DNA of 64,000 nucleotides from Mycoavidus cysteinexigens (GTDB lineage Bacteria; Pseudomonadota; Gammaproteobacteria; Burkholderiales; Burkholderiaceae): NCBI GenBank assembly GCA_031963415.1, contig JASSUI010000002.1, positions 29,478 to 93,477 of the forward strand, read 5' to 3'. Shown piece by piece: positions 58,504 to 64,000 of this stretch (position 1 is its first letter; each line of letters starts with the position of its first letter). The notes under the pieces were generated by a model. It saw only the letters and a program-made list of their open reading frames with translations, ran no database searches and was not told where the DNA came from. The position numbers and the translations under genes were made by a program.

Positions 58504-59792
58504 TCGTAGTAGCTTTTTTGTTCTGCACGATCTTTGGCTTTATCCACCGCTTGGCGTGCTGCATCCTTCATTTTTTCTAAATCGGCCCCTTTAGGGGCGA
58601 TATCAGCAATAAACTCTGATAAATCCATTTGGCTAAAATCCAATCGCTCTAATTCCTCTTTGGTAAATCCTCGGCATCCTTCTAACCCCAACCCTAATTG
58701 CGCTTTGCCTTGTACATTTACTAACTTGGCAAGCTTGGAGTTAAAGCAGCAATGGCGTTCTTTTTTTTCAATACAGGTGCGAATACCTGGAATACGCTTA
58801 GAGCAGTACGTGTCATAGTGCACACATAAGTTCTGACCGCGCTTCAGGCTCATGGCTTGCTCATCCGTTCCACAAGCAAGCCACTCATTAATCAGCATAA
58901 TGGCTATCTGCGCTGCAAAGCTGTACGGATTAAAGCCCACCATCTGAAAACCATTGGCAAACGAAAACTGAAACGAGAACCCGTAATAACTAAAGGTCGG
59001 ACTAAAAGTTCCCTTCCCTATGCCAGATGCCCAACTATTCATAGCTCCTAGCCCTTTGTTCACTAAGGCGCTGTCCACGGTTCCGTAGAGGGAATCGTAG
59101 AGATATTTAGAACCGAGCTTGAGGGCTTGTCGGCCTGCTTCTTTACCCACCGCTATTCCTGCACTTAGTAACGCATAGTTCGTAAAGGTGCCGCCACCAC
59201 CTGAAGAACGACAACAGCTTTTAATGGTTGCCCCACCTACCACTTTGATCGTGCAGGATTCGTCATAGCCTTTAAAAAGCGCAACCTTGCCAATCTCGAC
59301 TCCATACACGCCAGCCTGGCGAGCCGCCTCCATCATGACCGCGGTTTTTGTAAAATCTTCATCGTTGGGGTAGGACGTATCAAAGCACCCTGAGCCATCT
59401 GCCTGACAAAATGCGCTGTCGCACACCGTAATTTTTTTGACCACTTTGGGCTTATCAGGGCATTGATATTGTTGTTCGTAAAAGGCACAAGCGCCGTTTT
59501 CGAGTTCTTCTACGCACTTTGAGCCAATTTGCGTACATCCTTTATCACGCAGAGCCTGGCAATCACTAATCACGGTCGAACCTCGACATTGATACGTCGA
59601 GCGATAGTTCCAGCACTCCCGATAAACGGGTACGCCGAAAACTTCTTTTGTACCTGGCCCATCTGCGCAGACTTCACCCGCTTTGATGCAATCTGCCGCC
59701 CATATAGGTGTATAGGCCATCAAATAGAAAGCAAAAAAAACTGCTATCTTTAATGGGTGCGTCCATTGAGTGATCCGCATTGGTCGTCCCAC
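58500..59792 (-). CDS. traN: F-type T4SS mating-pair stabilisation protein TraN (Cys-rich C-terminal type)
   Basis: The protein is Cys-rich. Its C-terminal signature is CVHYDTYCSKRIPGIRTCIEKKERHCCFNSKLAKLVNVQGKAQLG..C.GFT.EEL..LDFS..DLSEF. Confidence 0.8.
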   Translation of the reverse strand: MGRPMRITQWTHPLKIAVFFAFYLMAYTPIWAADCIKAGEVCADGPGTKEVFGVPVYRECWNYRSTYQCRGSTVISDCQALRDKGCTQIGSKCVEELENGACAFYEQQYQCPDKPKVVKKITVCDSAFCQADGSGCFDTSYPNDEDFTKTAVMMEAARQAGVYGVEIGKVALFKGYDESCTIKVVGGATIKSCCRSSGGGGTFTNYALLSAGIAVGKEAGRQALKLGSKYLYDSLYGTVDSALVNKGLGAMNSWASGIGKGTFSPTFSYYGFSFQFSFANGFQMVGFNPYSFAAQIAIMLINEWLACGTDEQAMSLKRGQNLCVHYDTYCSKRIPGIRTCIEKKERHCCFNSKLAKLVNVQGKAQLGLGLEGCRGFTKEELERLDFSQMDLSEFIADIAPKGADLEKMKDAARQAVDKAKDRAEQKSYYE

Positions 59793-60730
59793 GTATCGAA
59801 TAATTCAAACGGAATTTGATAATTCCCTGGTGCTTCAAAATCCTCCCCGTTACAGGTAGAGCCAATCAAGCTCACCGTCATGGCACACTCTTTTTCATTA
59901 CAAGACTGGCGGTAATAAACTGGAAAGTGGCAACCTTGCCCAAAATCGCCCACAAAGGTATTGTCCTGTGAAAATCCGACCTTTCCTGGGATGGGACGAC
60001 GATCTAAAAATCGGCCATAGGGTGTATTTCCATCGCTCGTTCTCGAGCTCCACAGGCTCATCGTGTATCCCTCCTCAGACCCCGCGCAAAACACATCAGC
60101 CACTATGTAAGGGTCTACACAGTAAGGGCAAATATTCTGTATCGCACGCCCCAAATATTGACCAGGCGTACAGCCTGGACGCTGTTTGATGACCAATACC
60201 TTGTCGCACGTCAAATTATCCAGGCCATAGGTTTCGGTACAGGTCTCCGTAATAAAAGTTCCAGGCGTAGTAATCGTCTCTATATGGCAACGCTGATCCG
60301 TATGACCAGGAATCGTCCCTGGATTAGTAATCGTGTCTTTAGAGTCGGTTAATAGAGGGTCTGTCTTTTTATCAATCGTATATTTGGGCCGCTGGTCGGA
60401 GTTTTTGACCAAGAAATTCACCGCATCGCATTCCTGCTGTTCAAATCCTTTCAATGCATGTTGTGTGGCACATACGGCTTGTTTATTTTTACCGGCCTCT
60501 CCAATCGGATTACGCCCTCCTTGAAAATGCTTCGCTTCAGGCGCTGTTGTGCTGTAATGCGGTAATTCTTTTTCTCCTATCGAACGATCGACTTTACCGC
60601 TGGCTATCTCTTTGCCATTTTGTGCAAAAGCTTTACCGTCTTTAAAGGCATCGGCAGGTGTGCGAAGTGACTCCTGCGCGACGGCGCTTCCCACTAACAG
60701 TACCCCTGCAAGCATCCAGGCCCCCTTCAT
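59750..60730 (-). CDS. Secreted Cys-rich protein resembling the N-terminal half of TraN
   Basis: I prefer the start at 60730 (MKGAWMLAGVLLVGSAVA signal peptide), which forms an ATGA overlap with the trbC stop. The protein has 14+ Cys residues. Its position in the operon corresponds to the 5' part of traN. Confidence 0.5.
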   Translation of the reverse strand: MKGAWMLAGVLLVGSAVAQESLRTPADAFKDGKAFAQNGKEIASGKVDRSIGEKELPHYSTTAPEAKHFQGGRNPIGEAGKNKQAVCATQHALKGFEQQECDAVNFLVKNSDQRPKYTIDKKTDPLLTDSKDTITNPGTIPGHTDQRCHIETITTPGTFITETCTETYGLDNLTCDKVLVIKQRPGCTPGQYLGRAIQNICPYCVDPYIVADVFCAGSEEGYTMSLWSSRTSDGNTPYGRFLDRRPIPGKVGFSQDNTFVGDFGQGCHFPVYYRQSCNEKECAMTVSLIGSTCNGEDFEAPGNYQIPFELFDTWDDQCGSLNGRTH

Positions 60731-61422
60731 CGCTGTAATTGCTTCAAATAAGGCATGACCTGTGATTGCCACTGTGGTGCACGCTTTGCTATTTCTTCTA
60801 ATGCATAGTCCAGTGAAACGTCCCCTGATATAGCTATAAAATCTTCAGGCAGTGCGCACCCTGTGCCCTCCGCTGCTTCTGTCGTCGCTTTCTTAATTTT
60901 TGTCTTTGCCCTCTCCAGTTCTGCCTGGGTTAGTACTACTGTTGGCACTGCCTCGATCTTGTAATACGCGAAAGTTTTGGGATTAATGACGAGGTTGCCA
61001 TCTGGCTCCCCTAATGCATGAATCGCTAGTGCGGTGTCTTTGAGGGAATTATTTTTAAAGCCTCGCAAGACGACCGACGCCCCTACCCTATTGGCTTGAT
61101 GTACAAGGCGCTTTAATGATTCTTGAGGCATCGTAAAGCTCGCAAAAATCATTAAATGGTCTGCTCTCTGCGCTACGGCTTTGTGCTCGTATTGACGCAC
61201 CATCGCCTCCAGGTCTATCCCCACCCGCTTAGGCGTAGATACGTTCGGAAAATTATTCGTTACAGTGGATATAGTCACCTGCTTGTCGTCGAACATGCGT
61301 TTGCGTTCAATTTCGATACGCTGCTGTTCTTTTTCAATTTGCGAAGCGGTGGGGGTTTGCGCATATACAGTGCTAAGGCTTGCACATAGCATGCAGCCAA
61401 TGACGAGTAAAAGCCTTTTCAT
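60727..61422 (-). CDS. trbC: F-type T4SS pilus assembly protein TrbC
   Basis: It carries LMIFASFTMPQESLKRLVHQANRVGASVVLRGFKNNSLKDT..LVINPKTFAYYKIEAVPTVVL. Confidence 0.8.
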   Translation of the reverse strand: MKRLLLVIGCMLCASLSTVYAQTPTASQIEKEQQRIEIERKRMFDDKQVTISTVTNNFPNVSTPKRVGIDLEAMVRQYEHKAVAQRADHLMIFASFTMPQESLKRLVHQANRVGASVVLRGFKNNSLKDTALAIHALGEPDGNLVINPKTFAYYKIEAVPTVVLTQAELERAKTKIKKATTEAAEGTGCALPEDFIAISGDVSLDYALEEIAKRAPQWQSQVMPYLKQLQR

Positions 61423-62426
61423 AGCCCCACCCCCATGCAGCAGTTCTTTTTTCTAAAAATGAGGTAGGCAAAATCCTCCCCCGCATACGGGTAGCTCCTG
61501 CCTGCGCCCCACAGGGCAGTTGCACGCCCATATGGCTGACAGCAGCGGCCATTGATTTTTTGCGTTTGGGGAATCGGATAAAGCATTTGGTATTTGTATT
61601 GTGTCTTATCCATTACCGGCTCGGGATACAGACCGCATAAACCATCAGAGCCAGAAGTTCCCCACATTAGAAATTCACGGTGTAATTTGGCCGTCATGCG
61701 CTGCACCAATAATGAACTAGCCTGGACAGCAGAGATATGCGCCTGCACATGTCCATTAAACGGGTAAATGCTGCCGTTACACCCTGCACACCAAAACAGC
61801 GCATTACTCCCAAAACCTGCGGTCGAAAATACGCAGTCCCCTGCGCACGCCGCCTGTGCGATGGGATTGCCAAAAAGGAATGTTTCGGGATTAAGCAGCA
61901 TCGTCAATTCGTCATCATTCCAGGTGGGATCCACCTCCGTGATGTAGGCGACGTCAAATACCCCAGTCTCTAAACACGGGTTGTCTAAAATGACCTCGAG
62001 CCAATACAGAATCGGATCGACATACCAGTGCACTTGATAACTCGATTGCTTGGTACCGTCTTCTTGCAATCTAACTTCTCCCTCTGGCGCACGAATACCA
62101 GGATCTAAACTGACTCCCCCTAGCGATACAAAACAGTAAGGCGTGCGCGTAACATCGACCCTTCGTACCGGTTCCCAAAATGCCGTCTTGATGCCTACCC
62201 GTGGAGGATTAGAGCAAGAACATAAAAAACCGCCAGGATTGCCCGTATCTTCTTGCTCCATCGAAATGAGTGGCGAGCCACCTAAGACCAAAGGAAACAA
62301 ACAACTCCAGCAAATATCCGTTAATGGATTCGCAAATTTGCCTTGGCAGCGTGTAGCGGGTTCGCTCCAAGAAGACGTGAAGACACAGGCAAGAAAAATG
62401 AAGACACACCACCGCTTCATTGCCAC
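61419..62426 (-). CDS. traU: F-type T4SS protein TraU
   Basis: It carries CQGKFANPLTDICWSCLFPLVLGG, and conserved Cys and Trp residues occur throughout. The protein is 335 aa long. Confidence 0.85.
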   Translation of the reverse strand: MAMKRWCVFIFLACVFTSSWSEPATRCQGKFANPLTDICWSCLFPLVLGGSPLISMEQEDTGNPGGFLCSCSNPPRVGIKTAFWEPVRRVDVTRTPYCFVSLGGVSLDPGIRAPEGEVRLQEDGTKQSSYQVHWYVDPILYWLEVILDNPCLETGVFDVAYITEVDPTWNDDELTMLLNPETFLFGNPIAQAACAGDCVFSTAGFGSNALFWCAGCNGSIYPFNGHVQAHISAVQASSLLVQRMTAKLHREFLMWGTSGSDGLCGLYPEPVMDKTQYKYQMLYPIPQTQKINGRCCQPYGRATALWGAGRSYPYAGEDFAYLIFRKKNCCMGVGL

Positions 62427-63052
62427 TCCTTTGCAGGAATTTCATCGAGCACTAACTGATTACCTTGCTGATAAATCACCGAGGGAACGGCCCGAATACC
62501 AAAACGTTGACTAAGCAGCCTTTGTTGGTCGTAATACACTTGGGTATGCCATGCCTTTGTGATCTCTAACCATGACCCTGCTATTAAGATGGGTTTAACC
62601 TTAGTGGGATCGCGTGCCACAAGACGATGCACGGCTTTGCGTTGTGCGACATCCCGCCCATCAAAGAAAATTAAACTTTTAGATAAACGCATGACCTCTA
62701 ACGGATTAATTCGGGTTCCTGCAGGAATCACAATTTGGCCGGTATCGGTGGTTATGGCTTGGGTATAAGTGACAGTTGGGTCGATTCTCCTTCTGGTGCG
62801 CTGCGTTGCTGCAACAATGCCCTCAACAGGCGGCATATTCGTCACGCTGTTTATTGAGCGGCGCACCGCTTGCGCTTGGAATTTTTGTAATGCGCCACTT
62901 TGGGCTTTTTCACGCAGCTTTTTCATAATCAGCGTAAGCGCGTTTTCTTCGCCAATCGGATACACCGGCCCTATTGCGCCTAAATAAGCTGCTTGTGCAA
63001 CTTCTGCGCATGAGAGGATGAGCAGGAACACCAGTGCCTTAGAAAATCGCAT
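62417..63052 (-). CDS. traW: F-type T4SS protein TraW
   Basis: It has a signal peptide and the segment GAIGPVYPIGEENALTLIMKKLREKAQSG. It is 211 aa long and lies between the peptidase gene and traU. Confidence 0.8.
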   Translation of the reverse strand: MRFSKALVFLLILSCAEVAQAAYLGAIGPVYPIGEENALTLIMKKLREKAQSGALQKFQAQAVRRSINSVTNMPPVEGIVAATQRTRRRIDPTVTYTQAITTDTGQIVIPAGTRINPLEVMRLSKSLIFFDGRDVAQRKAVHRLVARDPTKVKPILIAGSWLEITKAWHTQVYYDQQRLLSQRFGIRAVPSVIYQQGNQLVLDEIPAKEWQ

Positions 63053-63560
63053 ACGCTTTTCCTATCACCTGCGCTTTCTGTACATTTCCTGTTATCGCGT
63101 AACGCGAATCCAAGCTATCAGGATGGGGAGTCGCAACAAAATACGTATCTTCCTCAATAACGCCTGCTTTAGCAGGTTCAAGCGCAATCCCCAATGTAGA
63201 CTTGGGTTTAGCACGACCGATGTATTGGTTATTGACCCAAAATACAGCCCCTTGTCGCGTCACCGTGTCCCCTGGCACACCCATAATGCGCTTAATAAAG
63301 ATAGAACCGGCTGGATAATTCACTCCACCAGGCCAGCGATATGCAATCAGATCTCCTTTTTTAAATGTGCCCCATTTACTAATCAGATACACATGATCCG
63401 GTAAGCTCTTGCTTTGATTGATGTTGATGCTAAAAAACGGCAATAACGTGAAGATCGGCACATACACCATCAAAAGGCAAATACTCAGAAAGCGAGGAAT
63501 GGCTAAAAAATACAGAAGAAGACGCTGTAAAGAATAGGCTAAAAGACGCCGTATATTCAT
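63039..63560 (-). CDS. S26-family signal peptidase (conjugative pilin-processing type)
   Basis: It has an N-terminal TM segment. The motifs are ..SLPDHVYLI.., GDLIAYRWP, IKRIMGVPGDTV and DSLDSRY, an S26 (LepB/TraF-Ti-like) pattern. Confidence 0.7.
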   Translation of the reverse strand: MNIRRLLAYSLQRLLLYFLAIPRFLSICLLMVYVPIFTLLPFFSININQSKSLPDHVYLISKWGTFKKGDLIAYRWPGGVNYPAGSIFIKRIMGVPGDTVTRQGAVFWVNNQYIGRAKPKSTLGIALEPAKAGVIEEDTYFVATPHPDSLDSRYAITGNVQKAQVIGKAYAIF

Positions 63561-63919
63561 TCTTGCACCCGTTTACGTATCCAATTCGTATAGTCCACCG
63601 TAGATCCACCCAGTAATGCGGATTTATTCACGAGTACACAGCCGCATTCTTTACCTAACGTTTCCATCGCATGGGACATTTTTCTAGCGAAGTCCGCTGT
63701 AAGCATCTGCATCATCGCTCGCTGCTCCTGAGTGACAGGGCCATCTTGTGCGATTTTTTTCAGTAAATGCTCTTGGTCTTCTTCGATGAGTTTTTGCAAA
63801 TCAACCGTCGCAATGCGCGGTGGAAAATGGCGTGAGAGCGAGTAGATGATGGGAAGTAACGCTAAGAGCGTGATCAATACCGAGACAAGCACCATCAGCC
63901 AATATTTTTTACGCAGCAA
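63557..63919 (-). CDS. trbI: F-type T4SS protein TrbI
   Basis: It uses a TTG start and encodes 120 aa with an N-terminal TM segment, then ATVDLQKLIEE... and ...VLVNKSALLGGSTVDYTNWI. It lies directly after traC, as in F. Confidence 0.7.
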   Translation of the reverse strand: MLRKKYWLMVLVSVLITLLALLPIIYSLSRHFPPRIATVDLQKLIEEDQEHLLKKIAQDGPVTQEQRAMMQMLTADFARKMSHAMETLGKECGCVLVNKSALLGGSTVDYTNWIRKRVQE

Positions 63920-64000
63920 GTTGCCCTCTCCTTTTAAGAATCGTCGTTAATGCCTCCATCGTGGAATAGCCTTGCTTCAATAAGGCTTCGCACTCGGTGA
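63909..64000 (-). CDS. traC: 3' end of the upstream tra gene (probably traC), partial
   Basis: The open frame ..TECEALLKQGYSTMEALTTILKRRGQLAA ends at TAA (63909..63911), overlapping the trbI start. Identity is inferred from F-type gene order only. Confidence 0.4.
   Translation of the reverse strand, partial: TECEALLKQGYSTMEALTTILKRRGQLAA

Noticed and set aside
59750-59792. traN as a simple frameshift pseudogene.
   Set aside because: The downstream ORF has its own signal-peptide-like N-terminus, and the upstream ORF ends cleanly. Both readings remain possible, so it is reported as a finding rather than called a pseudogene.

Overview
This window is an IS-saturated accessory region. I count 13 insertion-sequence copies or remnants from 11 families: an IS5 remnant, IS66 x2, IS4/IS50-like, IS21, IS256, IS110, IS200/IS605, IS1 x2, IS6 and IS3, plus a related IS3 remnant. 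Most have boundaries and target-site duplications that can be read directly from the sequence. Five other kinds of content sit between them. (1) A paralogous family of giant NLR-like STAND NTPases (NACHT core). One NACHT-HEAT gene is intact (9324..13856). One carries NACHT, pentapeptide and WD40 repeats (31612..37059). One NACHT-HEAT gene is split by IS110 and IS256 but can be repaired exactly in silico (14117..23160). There are also two relics (1..1109 and 25901..26011). The N-terminal, sensor and C-terminal modules are visibly shuffled between paralogs. (2) Four intact and two decayed or orphan type II toxin-antitoxin loci. (3) An AT-rich island (about 37.1-42.5 kb) encoding a protein with 97-aa tandem repeats and a 737-aa protein with a deaminase-like HxE...EPC-x6-C motif. 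(4) Two tandem ~200-nt paralogous elements with closing helices and a compensatory substitution (47291..47850), which are candidate structured RNAs of a class I cannot name. (5) From 52.8 kb to the window end, an apparently uninterrupted F-type type IV secretion/conjugation segment in F-plasmid gene order: traC (partial), trbI, S26 peptidase, traW, traU, trbC, two TraN-like genes, an unassigned ORF, traF, traH, traG. I saw no rRNA, tRNA or CRISPR array. All domain calls come from motifs read by eye, and no database search was run.
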